A DNA stretch of 64,000 nt from Candidatus Omnitrophota bacterium (lineage in GTDB: Bacteria; Omnitrophota; Gorgyraeia; Zapsychrales; Fredricksoniimonadaceae): positions 49,648-113,647 of the forward strand of contig JACQCF010000014.1 in NCBI GenBank assembly GCA_016201795.1. The letters run 5' to 3'. The position numbers and the translations under genes were made by a program. This document shows, one piece after another, positions 47,006 through 56,991 of this stretch (position 1 is the first letter of the stretch; every line of letters starts with the position of its first letter). The notes beneath the pieces were generated by a model that searched no databases, was not told the DNA's origin, and saw only the letters and a list, made by a program, of their open reading frames with translations.

Positions 47006-47436
47006 TGATGCGTATAGTATTATTTATTATATTATGTTTAGGTTTTGGGGTGCGCGTATCGGATGCCGCCATTGAAATTTATGCGGCCGGTCAGCATTTT
47101 GATTCTTTCGAAGATTATCAGAAAAGCCGACAGAACAATTTAGAGCCCCTCCATGCGCCTTTGATTCCTGGGCAGGTTCGCCAAAAACTGGAGAAGGTCA
47201 GCTATAATGACGGTATTGATCATGTGGTGGTAGATTTTCAGCAAGATTGGCAGAACCCTAAACCCCGATTTATTCTGGATGCGGATGAGCTTGAGCAGGC
47301 CATTCGCGAGACTATGGGCGACCAACAGCAGCCTATGCTTTTAATTTCCGATCCTCAAAAGATGCGTATGATGTCTTATTCCCCCCAAGACAAGTTACCC
47401 TCAGATCAAAATACACAGGATGGACAAAAGCCGTAA
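47005..47436 (+). CDS. Hypothetical secreted protein
   Basis: Signal peptide (IVLFIILCLGFGVRVSDA). It overlaps the stop of the upstream gene. Confidence 0.4.
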   Translation: MMRIVLFIILCLGFGVRVSDAAIEIYAAGQHFDSFEDYQKSRQNNLEPLHAPLIPGQVRQKLEKVSYNDGIDHVVVDFQQDWQNPKPRFILDADELEQAIRETMGDQQQPMLLISDPQKMRMMSYSPQDKLPSDQNTQDGQKP

Positions 47437-47471
47437 AGAATGTAATAATAAAAGCAAAACAGGGAGGATCT

Positions 47472-47645
47472 GTGGCTGAACAGAAGAAAGATGAAAACTG
47501 TTGCAATGGCTGTGCGGGAGTCAAAAAGCTTATCGTGGGGCTCATTTTAGGGGTTTTAATCTTTGTGGCTGGCTACTATTTTGCCAAGGGTCAATGCCCT
47601 TTTAGCCAGAGGGCTATCTGCCCACTCTATCACGCCAATCCTTGA
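47472..47645 (+). CDS. Small Cys-rich membrane protein (about 57 aa, GTG start)
   Basis: GGGAGG ribosome-binding site at 47461-47466. Sequence CCNGCAG...hydrophobic helix...GQCPFSQRAICP. Confidence 0.3.
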   Translation: MAEQKKDENCCNGCAGVKKLIVGLILGVLIFVAGYYFAKGQCPFSQRAICPLYHANP

Positions 47646-47763
47646 AAATGTCCTGTTGATTGAGCGTACAGGACAGTTCTGATAAGAAAATTCCAGAAGG
47701 GGTAAAAATTATTTTTCCCGTCGAAGATGTGTTATACTTTTTTGAAATATTGAAAGGGTTTTG

Positions 47764-49299
47764 ATGCGTGCCGGAGTTATTGATATAGGATCATCTTCGA
47801 CCAAACTGCTCATCGGGGAACGCCATGGCGAAGACATCAAAATCATTGAGTCTCTTAAGAACGCCATTCCACTGGGCCGTCATGCCTTTTTAAAAAGCCG
47901 TATTCCGCAGACCATTATCAACCAAACCGCCTCTGTCTTACAAAAATACAAAGAGACCTTCAAAGAATATGACGTGGCGGATGTCATGGTCATTGCCACC
48001 ACCGCCGTGCGTGAGGCGCGCAACCAGGATATTTTCCTGGATACAGTTTTGCGTAAGACCGGTTTTAAGATTGATGTGCTCAACGCCGGGGATGTGGTTT
48101 ATTACATTGATTATTTTCTTTCTCATAAGCTCAAGAAAACTTATCCGGTGGCGGAAAAGAATCTGTTGATCGCGGAATTGGGAGCGGGAAGCCTGGATAT
48201 GTCCGTGGTGGAAAAAGGTTTAACGCTTATGAATATCGGCTTTCCCATCGGGACCTTACGCCTGTCTCAGTTTATGGAAAATTTAGACGGCTCCATGCAG
48301 GAGGTGCATGAGGCCACCGAAGAATACATTGAGAACGAAATTTTGTTTTTAAAAAAGAACAATCCCGGGCTTGTCATTGACGATATTATTCTCATCGATG
48401 AAAATTATTCGGTATTCATTCAAAACATTCTGCCCAACAAACGCCGTGATTCGGACTTTTTTAAATTCAAAGCCTCCGAGGCACAGGAGTTCTTATCCCG
48501 CCTGCGGCAGATGAACGCCCAGGAAATTGAGCGAACCTACGGGGTCCCTTCCGATATTGCGGCCACCATCGTCGGTTTTGCGATTATTCTTAACACGCTT
48601 TTTAAGCTTAACAAAAACGAGCATGTGTATATTCTGGAGGCTTCTTTGTCGGAGGCGATTTTAGCCAATCAGCTGTTTCGTCTGGAGGCCTCTGAAAAAA
48701 CGGATAAATTAAGCCAGTTGGTTTCCGTGGCGCATTTTCTCTGCCGTAGATACGGCATGGATTTAGATCACCTCAAGCACGTGGCCTTTTTTACCGAGCA
48801 GTTGTTCGAGGCTTTTAAGGACATTTTAGGTTTGAGTTCGCAGGACCGTCTGTATTTGATTTTAGCGGCCTATTTGCATGATCTGGGAATGTTTATCAAT
48901 AACCGTTCGCATCATAAACACAGTGAATATATTATTAGCTCCTCGAATTTGTTCCGTTTAACCGAGGATGAAATTGATATCATTGCCTGTATTGCCCGTT
49001 ATCATCGTCGTTCGGCACCGCTCAAAACCCATCTGGTGTATAATTCGCTTTCTTCGAATCAGCAGATTCTGGTACAAAAATTAAGCGCCCTGCTTCGCAT
49101 TGCCAATGCGCTGGACCGTTCGCATAAACAAAAGGCCAAACGCATTGCGGTCAAATTCAATGAAAGCGGCGATGCGACCATTGTGGTTTTTACGCACGAG
49201 AACTTTTTGCTGGAGAAAGAGAATTTCTTGGAGAAAAAAGAATTGCTTGAGGAGATTACCGGTAATAAATTGACCTTGACGGTCAAGAGTCAGGACTGA
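47764..49299 (+). CDS. ppx: Exopolyphosphatase / guanosine pentaphosphate phosphohydrolase (Ppx/GppA) with C-terminal HD domain
   Basis: AGVIDIGSSSTKLLIGE is a typical Ppx/GppA N-terminus (ASKHA fold). An HD-like region (YLHDLGMFIN...HHKHS) lies near the C-terminus. Confidence 0.85.
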   Translation: MRAGVIDIGSSSTKLLIGERHGEDIKIIESLKNAIPLGRHAFLKSRIPQTIINQTASVLQKYKETFKEYDVADVMVIATTAVREARNQDIFLDTVLRKTGFKIDVLNAGDVVYYIDYFLSHKLKKTYPVAEKNLLIAELGAGSLDMSVVEKGLTLMNIGFPIGTLRLSQFMENLDGSMQEVHEATEEYIENEILFLKKNNPGLVIDDIILIDENYSVFIQNILPNKRRDSDFFKFKASEAQEFLSRLRQMNAQEIERTYGVPSDIAATIVGFAIILNTLFKLNKNEHVYILEASLSEAILANQLFRLEASEKTDKLSQLVSVAHFLCRRYGMDLDHLKHVAFFTEQLFEAFKDILGLSSQDRLYLILAAYLHDLGMFINNRSHHKHSEYIISSSNLFRLTEDEIDIIACIARYHRRSAPLKTHLVYNSLSSNQQILVQKLSALLRIANALDRSHKQKAKRIAVKFNESGDATIVVFTHENFLLEKENFLEKKELLEEITGNKLTLTVKSQD

Positions 49300-49300
49300 C

Positions 49301-51319
49301 ATGGATTTGAAAGATAAATATATTCATCGTGATTTAAGCTGGCTGGGATTCAACCGTCGGGTGTTGGAAGAGGCGGGGGATGGGCATAATCCTTTGCTGG
49401 AGCGGCTGAAATTCTTAAGTATTTTTAGCAGCAATTTGGATGAGTTTTACATGGTGCGCGTGGCCGGGCTTAAAAAGCTTTTGGATTCTGGCTATAATCG
49501 CAAAGATCAATTCGGTTTTTATCCCCAGGATCTCTTTAGCGAGATTAAATTAACAGCGGACAGTTTAGTCAAAGACCTTTACGATATTTATGCCGGCTCC
49601 ATCAAGACGACGCTGGAGGCCAATAAGATTTATTTAAAAACTCTCGAGGATTTAAACGAAGCTCAGAAAAAATTCGTTAAACGTTTTTTTGACACGACGC
49701 TGTATCCGATTATCACGCCCATGGCCGTGGACCAGGGGCATCCTTTTCCTGACCTTCCCTCCAAAACTATTGCGCTGGCGGTCTCGATCATTCGTTCGGA
49801 GAAAAATCACCTGGCGATTCTTCCTGTACCTAAATCCGTGCCTCGCCTGTTGAAACTTCCCTCGGAAGGGGAGGAGTTTCATTTCATCCTTATTGACCAT
49901 TTGATTAAGGAAAATCTCAAAGAGTTCTTTAAAGGCTATAAAATTCAGGCCGCTTCGGCCTTTCGTCTGTTGCGCGACAGCGAGATCGCCTTTGATGAGG
50001 AATTTGCCCCCAATTTGCTCAAAGCCATGGAAAAAGAATTACAAAAGCGCACCAGCGCCAGGACGGTGTATGTGCAGATGGAGCAGGGAGCAAACGTAGA
50101 ACTGGTTGATATTTTATGCACCGGTCTTAGTTTTGCTAAAGAAGAAGCGGTCTTTGTCCCTTCGGATTTGGATTTGACTTTTTTTTCTGAAATGGCCAAC
50201 AGCATTGACCGGCCGGGCGTTCGTTTTGGCAGTTTTGTGCCGGCCAAGATTTCTTATGAAAATATTTTTGATAAGATTAAAGAAGAAGACTTTATCGTTC
50301 ATCTGCCTTTTCAGTCATTTTTTCCGACGGAAGATTTGATTCAGACGGCGGCCAAGGATGCGGATGTGTTGGCCATTAAAATGACACTTTATCGTACCAA
50401 TGAAGATTCAAGTATCATTAAGGCACTGATGGAAGCGGCCAAGCGCCGCAAGCAGGTCACCGTGGTGGTTGAAATCAAAGCGCGGTTTGAAGAAGAAAAG
50501 AATATTCAATGGGCTAGGGATCTGGAACAGGCGGGCTGCCATGTCATTTATGGCATTGCGGGTCTGAAAATTCACTCGAAAATGACCTTGATTGTGCGTC
50601 GGGAAGAGGGGCGCATCCGCCGCTATGTGCATTTGTCCACCGGCAATTACAATGAAAAAACCGCGTGTCTTTATACGGACATCGGCTATTTTACGGCCAA
50701 CGATGATTTTGCCCGCGACATTGCCGACGTTTTTAACGTTGTCACGGGTTATTCCCAGCCCAGCCCTTGGAAGAGGGTTATTTCCTCGCCCCATGATTTG
50801 CGTAAGTATTTTTTTGATTTGATCGACCGCGAAATTGAACATCACGGGGCGCATAAGAATGGGCTCATCATCGCCAAGATGAATTCTTTAGAAGATGTGG
50901 CGATGATTGATAAGCTCTATGCCGCTTCCCAGGCGGGGGTTAAGATCAAACTCATTGTGCGTGGCATGTGCTGTTTGATTCCCGGCCTGGAGGGTTTAAG
51001 TGAAAATATCGAGGTCAGAAGCATCATAGGACAGTTTTTGGAGCATTCACGGATTTTTGTTTTTAACAATAATAGCTCCCCCAGAATTTTTCTATCCTCG
51101 GCAGACTGGATGACGCGGAATTTCGATCGACGGGTGGAATTGTTGTTTGAAATCACCAAGCCTGAGATTAAAACTCATTTGCAGTTTGTGATGGATAATT
51201 ATTTCAAAGACAGCCTCAAGGCGCGTGTGCTTCAAAAAGATAAGACCTATGTCCGTCTGGCCCGGGATGAAGTATCCTTCGGGGCGCAGGAGTATTTTAT
51301 CAACCATTATACGAGATAA
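49301..51319 (+). CDS. ppk: Polyphosphate kinase 1
   Basis: RDLSWLGFNRRVLEEA N-terminus, followed by PLD-like HKD modules (IHSKMTLIVR, HSRIFVF). Confidence 0.95.
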   Translation: MDLKDKYIHRDLSWLGFNRRVLEEAGDGHNPLLERLKFLSIFSSNLDEFYMVRVAGLKKLLDSGYNRKDQFGFYPQDLFSEIKLTADSLVKDLYDIYAGSIKTTLEANKIYLKTLEDLNEAQKKFVKRFFDTTLYPIITPMAVDQGHPFPDLPSKTIALAVSIIRSEKNHLAILPVPKSVPRLLKLPSEGEEFHFILIDHLIKENLKEFFKGYKIQAASAFRLLRDSEIAFDEEFAPNLLKAMEKELQKRTSARTVYVQMEQGANVELVDILCTGLSFAKEEAVFVPSDLDLTFFSEMANSIDRPGVRFGSFVPAKISYENIFDKIKEEDFIVHLPFQSFFPTEDLIQTAAKDADVLAIKMTLYRTNEDSSIIKALMEAAKRRKQVTVVVEIKARFEEEKNIQWARDLEQAGCHVIYGIAGLKIHSKMTLIVRREEGRIRRYVHLSTGNYNEKTACLYTDIGYFTANDDFARDIADVFNVVTGYSQPSPWKRVISSPHDLRKYFFDLIDREIEHHGAHKNGLIIAKMNSLEDVAMIDKLYAASQAGVKIKLIVRGMCCLIPGLEGLSENIEVRSIIGQFLEHSRIFVFNNNSSPRIFLSSADWMTRNFDRRVELLFEITKPEIKTHLQFVMDNYFKDSLKARVLQKDKTYVRLARDEVSFGAQEYFINHYTR

Positions 51320-51323
51320 ACGG

Positions 51324-52145
51324 ATGAGCTATTTTATTGGTATTGATATCGGTGGAACAAAAATGGCCGGGGCGGTGGTAACGTCTCAGGGACGCATTCT
51401 GCATCGCTCTAAAATTTCGACACCGACAAAGGGTAGCGCCAAGGGTATTTTTCTGTGTCTGGTTGATTTAATCGAGGAATTGAGATCCTCTTTGTCGTCC
51501 AAGTCTTCTAAGGTCAAAGGCATTGGTCCCGCCTGTGGCGGGATTGGTCTGGGTGTACCTGGTATTGTGGATACTCACAAAGAGGTGGGGATTTTCCCCG
51601 GTACAGGCGTCGGTGGGGCGGTACTCATCAATGGCCGTTTGCTTTTAGGAATTCAAGGGGCAGCGACGGAATTGGGGCATATGGTTATGCAAGTTGACGG
51701 CCCTTTATGCCATTGCGGCAATCGCGGCTGTCTGGAAGCATTGACCAGCCGCTGGGCTATGGAGAGGGATATTCGCTCTCTGATCAAAAGCGGACACAAA
51801 AGCATAGTCAAAGAACTCAATAACGGCAGCCTGGCGACGATCAAAAGCCGCGTACTTAAAGAAGCCTTGCAAAACAATGACCCGGTTGTCAAAAAAGTTT
51901 TTAAGCAGACCTCTTCGGTATTAGGCCAGGCTTGCGTTTGCATTAACCATATTTTTAACCCTCAAGCCATCGTCTTGGGCGGAGGAGTCATCAAAGCGTG
52001 CGGGTTTTTTATGTTGCCTATCATTGAAAAAAATTTCCAATCCGATCCTTTCTTCAAAAGTTTCAACCGATGCCGCATTCTCCAATCCAGCCTAGGCGAT
52101 GACGCCGTGGTCCTGGGCGCCGTACGATTGGTCAAGAGTCGCTAA
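51324..52145 (+). CDS. ROK-family sugar kinase (glucokinase; possibly polyphosphate-utilising)
   Basis: MSYFIGIDIGGTKMAGAVV N-terminus and the ROK zinc motif HCGNRGCLEA. Confidence 0.8.
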   Translation: MSYFIGIDIGGTKMAGAVVTSQGRILHRSKISTPTKGSAKGIFLCLVDLIEELRSSLSSKSSKVKGIGPACGGIGLGVPGIVDTHKEVGIFPGTGVGGAVLINGRLLLGIQGAATELGHMVMQVDGPLCHCGNRGCLEALTSRWAMERDIRSLIKSGHKSIVKELNNGSLATIKSRVLKEALQNNDPVVKKVFKQTSSVLGQACVCINHIFNPQAIVLGGGVIKACGFFMLPIIEKNFQSDPFFKSFNRCRILQSSLGDDAVVLGAVRLVKSR

Positions 52146-52270
52146 TTTCATTGAAGCCCTACAGGAAAAAATATATAATAATTTTTTATACCTCGTGTAA
52201 TAATTTTAAACTTACACCACTCGGTATTGTGCCGAGTGACTGGTGTAGAGAATTTCGGTAACGAGGCCCT

Positions 52271-54220
52271 ATGGCTCAAGCAGTTAAGCATTCCAACAAG
52301 GTCACTACCCATCCTTTGATTACCGACCACGACGTTTATCTTTTCAAGGAAGGCAATCATTTTAGGCTTTACGAAAAGTTAGGCGCGCATCCCATGGTGG
52401 TGGAGGGCAAGCCAGGCGTGTATTTTGCCGTCTGGGCACCCAATGCCAAAAAAGTTTCGGTCATTGGCAATTTCAACAGCTGGAACCGCGACGCGCACCC
52501 CTTAATCTGCCGCTGGGATTCTTCCGGTATTTGGGAAGGCTTTATTGATGGCATCGGCAAAGGCGAGCTGTATAAATTTTACATTGTCTCCACCCGCGAT
52601 TTTTATCAGGTCGAGAAGCAGGACCCTTTCGCGTTTTTTAATGAAGGCCCCCCGCGCACAGCCTCCATCGTCTGGGATCTGGATTATCGCTGGCAGGACG
52701 ATGAGTGGATGAAGCATCGCCATTCTAAGAACAGTTTAAACGCTCCTATTTCGATTTATGAGATGCATTTGGGTTCCTGGAAGAGGGTGGTGCAAGAGGG
52801 CAATCGTTCCTTCACGTACCGCGAGCTAGCCGAGCATTTGCCCAAATATTTAAAAGAAATGGGCTTTACCCACGTCGAGTTCTTGCCGGTGATGGAGCAT
52901 CCATTTTACGGCTCCTGGGGGTATCAGACTTTAGGATATTTCTCGACGACCAGTCGCTATGGCAGTCCGCAGGATTTCATGCATTTGGTCGATTGTCTGC
53001 ATCAAAACGGCATCGGGGTTATCCTCGACTGGGTGCCTTCGCATTTCCCCTGCGACGAGCACGGCTTGTCTTATTTTGACGGCACGCATCTGTTTGAACA
53101 CGCGGACCCCAAACGAGGCTATCACCCTGATTGGAACAGCTATATTTTCAATTACAGCCGCCATGAAGTGCGCGAGTTTTTAATTTCCTCTGCCATGTTC
53201 TGGATGGATAAATTTCATGTTGATGCCCTGCGGGTGGACGCGGTAGCCTCCATGCTGTATTTGGATTATTCCCGAAAACCTTTTGAATGGATTCCTAATC
53301 ATTACGGCGGAAGGGAGAATCTAGATGCCATTTATTTTTTGCGCCGGCTCAACGAAGTTATCTACGCGGATTTTCCCGACGTACAAATGATTGCCGAGGA
53401 ATCGACCGCCTGGGGCGGGGTATCGCGGCCGACGAATGTCGGCGGTCTTGGCTTTGGCCTGAAATGGAATATGGGCTGGATGCATGACACGCTAGCGTAC
53501 ATGGCCAAAGACCCCATTTACCGCAAATATCATCACAATGAGCTGACCTTTTCGTTTTATTATGCCTTTACCGAGAATTTTTTATTGTCGCTGTCGCATG
53601 ATGAAGTGGTGCACGGCAAAGGAGCCCTGGCCGCCAAAATGCCAGGCGATGACTGGCAGAAATTTGCCAATTTGCGTCTGCTGTTAGGGTACATGTTTGC
53701 GCATCCGGGCAAAAAACTTAATTTTATGGGTTCGGAATTTGCCCAATGGAGCGAGTGGAATCATGAAAACAGCCTGGACTGGCATCTGCTGGGGTTTGCG
53801 CCGCATCAAGGCATTCATCAATGGATGAAAGATCTCAATCGTCTCTACCGGTCTGAGCCGGCCCTTTATGAGCGGGATTTTACCCCGGATGGTTTTGAAT
53901 GGATTGATTTGAATGATTACAGCCAAGGCGTTGTCAGTTTTATCCGTAAATCCGCCCATCATCAAAGTCAAATTGTCGCGGTGTGTAATTTTACACCGAT
54001 GGTATGGAATGATTATTCCATCGGTGTGCCCCATAGCGGTTTTTGGAGGGAAATTTTAAACAGCGATGCCAAAATTTACGGCGGCAGCGGCCAGGGCAAT
54101 TTAGGGGGCAAAGAAACCTCCCGCCAATCCTTTCACGGCAGACCCTTCTCATTATCATTGACAATTCCTCCGTTGGGGATATTATTTTTAAAAAGGGATA
54201 AGGGTAAAAAGGAGAAATGA
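52271..54220 (+). CDS. glgB: 1,4-alpha-glucan branching enzyme (GH13)
   Basis: N-terminal CBM48 region followed by a GH13 catalytic core (GVILDWVPSHF, LRVDAVASMLYLDYSR, EESTAW). Confidence 0.9.
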   Translation: MAQAVKHSNKVTTHPLITDHDVYLFKEGNHFRLYEKLGAHPMVVEGKPGVYFAVWAPNAKKVSVIGNFNSWNRDAHPLICRWDSSGIWEGFIDGIGKGELYKFYIVSTRDFYQVEKQDPFAFFNEGPPRTASIVWDLDYRWQDDEWMKHRHSKNSLNAPISIYEMHLGSWKRVVQEGNRSFTYRELAEHLPKYLKEMGFTHVEFLPVMEHPFYGSWGYQTLGYFSTTSRYGSPQDFMHLVDCLHQNGIGVILDWVPSHFPCDEHGLSYFDGTHLFEHADPKRGYHPDWNSYIFNYSRHEVREFLISSAMFWMDKFHVDALRVDAVASMLYLDYSRKPFEWIPNHYGGRENLDAIYFLRRLNEVIYADFPDVQMIAEESTAWGGVSRPTNVGGLGFGLKWNMGWMHDTLAYMAKDPIYRKYHHNELTFSFYYAFTENFLLSLSHDEVVHGKGALAAKMPGDDWQKFANLRLLLGYMFAHPGKKLNFMGSEFAQWSEWNHENSLDWHLLGFAPHQGIHQWMKDLNRLYRSEPALYERDFTPDGFEWIDLNDYSQGVVSFIRKSAHHQSQIVAVCNFTPMVWNDYSIGVPHSGFWREILNSDAKIYGGSGQGNLGGKETSRQSFHGRPFSLSLTIPPLGILFLKRDKGKKEK

Positions 54221-54525
54221 TTATGAAAGACAAAGTCATTGAAACAGCAGGGAAAACATGGAGGTTTTTGGGTCAAAACGGCGAGACTAACGTCGCTTGG
54301 CTTCCCAAAATACTTAAAGAAAAAGAGCCGGTGGTGTTTCAAGCGTTAGGATGGCTGGCCCGCGAGGATAAGATCAATTACACGATCAAAAACCGCCGCA
54401 ACTTTGTGTCTTTGGTTGAAGCTGAACTGCAGGCTTTCAACAGCTATATGTATCACATGAATTCTCAAGTTCACAATAGTGCAGTGTCTTCTTCTACCAA
54501 CAGCCGCCACAGAGCTAAGAGATGA
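54217..54525 (+). CDS. Small hypothetical protein (possible winged-helix fold)
   Basis: 102-aa ORF coupled between glgB and the GH57 gene. No confident domain call. Confidence 0.35.
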   Translation: MIMKDKVIETAGKTWRFLGQNGETNVAWLPKILKEKEPVVFQALGWLAREDKINYTIKNRRNFVSLVEAELQAFNSYMYHMNSQVHNSAVSSSTNSRHRAKR

Positions 54526-56990
54526 ATCGTTTTGTCTGTATCCATGGCCATTTTTACCAACCGCCCAGAGAAAATCCCTGGCTGGATGAGGTGGAGCTGC
54601 AGGATCCTGCTTATCCTTATCACGATTGGAATGAACGCATTAGCGCGGAGTGTTACGCACGCAATGCTTCCTCGCGTATCCTCGATGGTAACCATAAGAT
54701 TGTTGATATCGTCAATAATTATTCCAGGATGAGTTTCAACTTCGGTCCGACCCTCTTATCCTGGCTGGAGCAAAAAGCACCGGACGTCTATGCGGCTATT
54801 CTGGAAGCCGACCATCTGAGCCAGAAGAATTTTAGCGGCCATGGCAGCGCTTTAGCTCAAGGTTACAATCATATCATTATGCCTCTGGCCAATACCCGCG
54901 ATAAACGAACCCAGATCCTTTGGGGTATTAAGGATTTTGAGTATCGTTTTAGACGCAAGCCCGAAGGTATGTGGCTGGCCGAGACCGCCGTGGATTTGGA
55001 AACGCTGGATATCATGGCCGAGTACGGCATTAAATTTACCATCTTAGCCCCGCATCAGGCCAAAGAAGTCAAACCGACCAATCAAGAGACGCTCTGGCGT
55101 GATGTGCAGGGCCAAAAGGTGGACCCGAGGGTAGCGTATGTGTGTTATTTGCCTTCGGGACGTAAAATGAATATCTTTTTCTACAACGGACCTGTGGCTC
55201 AGGGGGTGGCCTTTGAAGGCCTTTTGAATAACGGCGAATATTTTGCCAGACGCTTAAGCCGTGAATTTAATACCCACCACACGCAAGCACAGCTGGTGCA
55301 TATCGCCACCGATGGGGAAACTTACGGCCATCATCATAAATTCGGTGATATGGCCTTAGCCTACTGCCTGCATCACATCCAGACGCATCATCTGGCCCAA
55401 CTGACGGTCTACGGCGAGTTTTTAGAAAAATTCCCGCCGCAGGTTGAAGTCACAATCGTGGAAAATTCTTCGTGGAGCTGCGTGCACGGCGTGGAACGCT
55501 GGCGGTCCAATTGCGGCTGTTCGAGCGGAGGACACGCCGGATGGACGCAAGAATGGCGCGGCCCGCTTCGCCAGGCGTTGGACTGGCTGCGCGATGAACT
55601 TATTAAGGTTTATGAGCAACATATCGGTTCATTTAACACTGACGGGTGGGCTCTGCGCGATTGTTATATTGAATTGATTTTGGACCGCAGTCAAGAGAAC
55701 GTGGAGCAGTTTATTAAAAATTATATTTCTGGGCCGCTCAATGAAGAGAGCCGTATAAAACTGTTAAAACTTTTGGAAATGCAGCATAACGCGCTTTTGA
55801 TGTATACCTCCTGCGGTTGGTTTTTTAATGAGATCTCTGGTCTTGAAACCGTGCAGATTCTTAAATACGCTGCCCGCGCCATTCAGCTGGCCCGCGAAGC
55901 CGCCGGCCCCGCCGATGGCAAGGCAGGGGCGGATTTAGAAGGAGGGTTTGTCAAACTTCTGGAGCGGGCCGCCAGCAATGTGGCAGAGTTTAAAAACGGA
56001 GCCAACATTTATTTGAACGTCGTTAAACCTTTGGTGGTGGATCTTTTGCGCGTGGGGGCGCATTATGCGGTCAGCTCTTTATTTGAACAATATCCTTCCA
56101 AGGTGCAGATGTACTGTTATACGGTTCAAAGCGAACATTATGAACTCAAAGAGGCTGGTCGTTTGCGTTTGGCCGTGGGGTATGGATGGGTTCATTCCAA
56201 TATTACCGTCGAGAAAGCCCATATTCGTTTCGCGGTTTTGCATTTAGGGGACCATAATTTTATCGGCGGGGTGGATTATCTCAAAGGCGATGAGTTTGAT
56301 GAAATGTACCAACGGATCATGGCGGCTTTTTTGGAGAGCAATGTGCCCCAGGTGATCGGTTTAATCAATTTCTATTTTGGTTCACGCAATTATTCCCTGT
56401 GGGATTTGTTCAAGCGGGAACAGCAGGCCATCCTCAATCATGTTCTGCGTTCGACCATGCAGGATATAGAAACTTCGTTCCGTCAAATTTACGAGAATCA
56501 CTACCCTTTAATGCAGATCAAAAACGATATTCGTCTGCCCTTGCCGCGCATGCTCATGACGGTGGTGGAATTTATTGTCAATAGGGATTTGGTGGCCTTG
56601 ATCGAAGGGGATGATCTGGATATTGATCGGATGAAGGTGCTGGTGGAGGAGATGAAACGATGGGCGTTTAAGCGCGATCAGGCCAATTTTAGTTTTTTAG
56701 CCAGCGGGCATTTGAATCAGCTCATGCAGAAGCTGCAGGAGCGTCCGGATGATATTGTGCTCATGGAAAAGATCACCACCGCTTTTGAATTATTGGGCCA
56801 GTTGAATCTGGATTTGGATTTATGGAAAGCCCAGAATATTTATTTTGCCATGGCCCGCAGGATTTATCCGGATACCTTCAGTCAATCCAAACACGATGAC
56901 CTTGCCCGACGATGGGTGACGTTGTTTGAGCATTTGGGCGACATCCTTCAGGTGAATATCACGGCCCCTGCCTTGGCGGGGATTCAATAA
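54522..56990 (+). CDS. Glycoside hydrolase family 57 enzyme with DUF3536-like C-terminal region
   Basis: N-terminal GH57 signature (CIHGHFYQPPRENPW...NFGPTLLSWLE...ATDGETYGHH). Confidence 0.85.
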   Translation: MNRFVCIHGHFYQPPRENPWLDEVELQDPAYPYHDWNERISAECYARNASSRILDGNHKIVDIVNNYSRMSFNFGPTLLSWLEQKAPDVYAAILEADHLSQKNFSGHGSALAQGYNHIIMPLANTRDKRTQILWGIKDFEYRFRRKPEGMWLAETAVDLETLDIMAEYGIKFTILAPHQAKEVKPTNQETLWRDVQGQKVDPRVAYVCYLPSGRKMNIFFYNGPVAQGVAFEGLLNNGEYFARRLSREFNTHHTQAQLVHIATDGETYGHHHKFGDMALAYCLHHIQTHHLAQLTVYGEFLEKFPPQVEVTIVENSSWSCVHGVERWRSNCGCSSGGHAGWTQEWRGPLRQALDWLRDELIKVYEQHIGSFNTDGWALRDCYIELILDRSQENVEQFIKNYISGPLNEESRIKLLKLLEMQHNALLMYTSCGWFFNEISGLETVQILKYAARAIQLAREAAGPADGKAGADLEGGFVKLLERAASNVAEFKNGANIYLNVVKPLVVDLLRVGAHYAVSSLFEQYPSKVQMYCYTVQSEHYELKEAGRLRLAVGYGWVHSNITVEKAHIRFAVLHLGDHNFIGGVDYLKGDEFDEMYQRIMAAFLESNVPQVIGLINFYFGSRNYSLWDLFKREQQAILNHVLRSTMQDIETSFRQIYENHYPLMQIKNDIRLPLPRMLMTVVEFIVNRDLVALIEGDDLDIDRMKVLVEEMKRWAFKRDQANFSFLASGHLNQLMQKLQERPDDIVLMEKITTAFELLGQLNLDLDLWKAQNIYFAMARRIYPDTFSQSKHDDLARRWVTLFEHLGDILQVNITAPALAGIQ

Positions 56991-56991
56991 T

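Noticed and set aside
52146-52270. Hairpin (ttacaccactcggtattgtgccgagtgactggtgtag) upstream of glgB as a possible riboregulator
   Set aside because: It is a single imperfect stem without a T-run or a recognisable motif. There is insufficient evidence beyond a possible weak terminator for the ROK gene.
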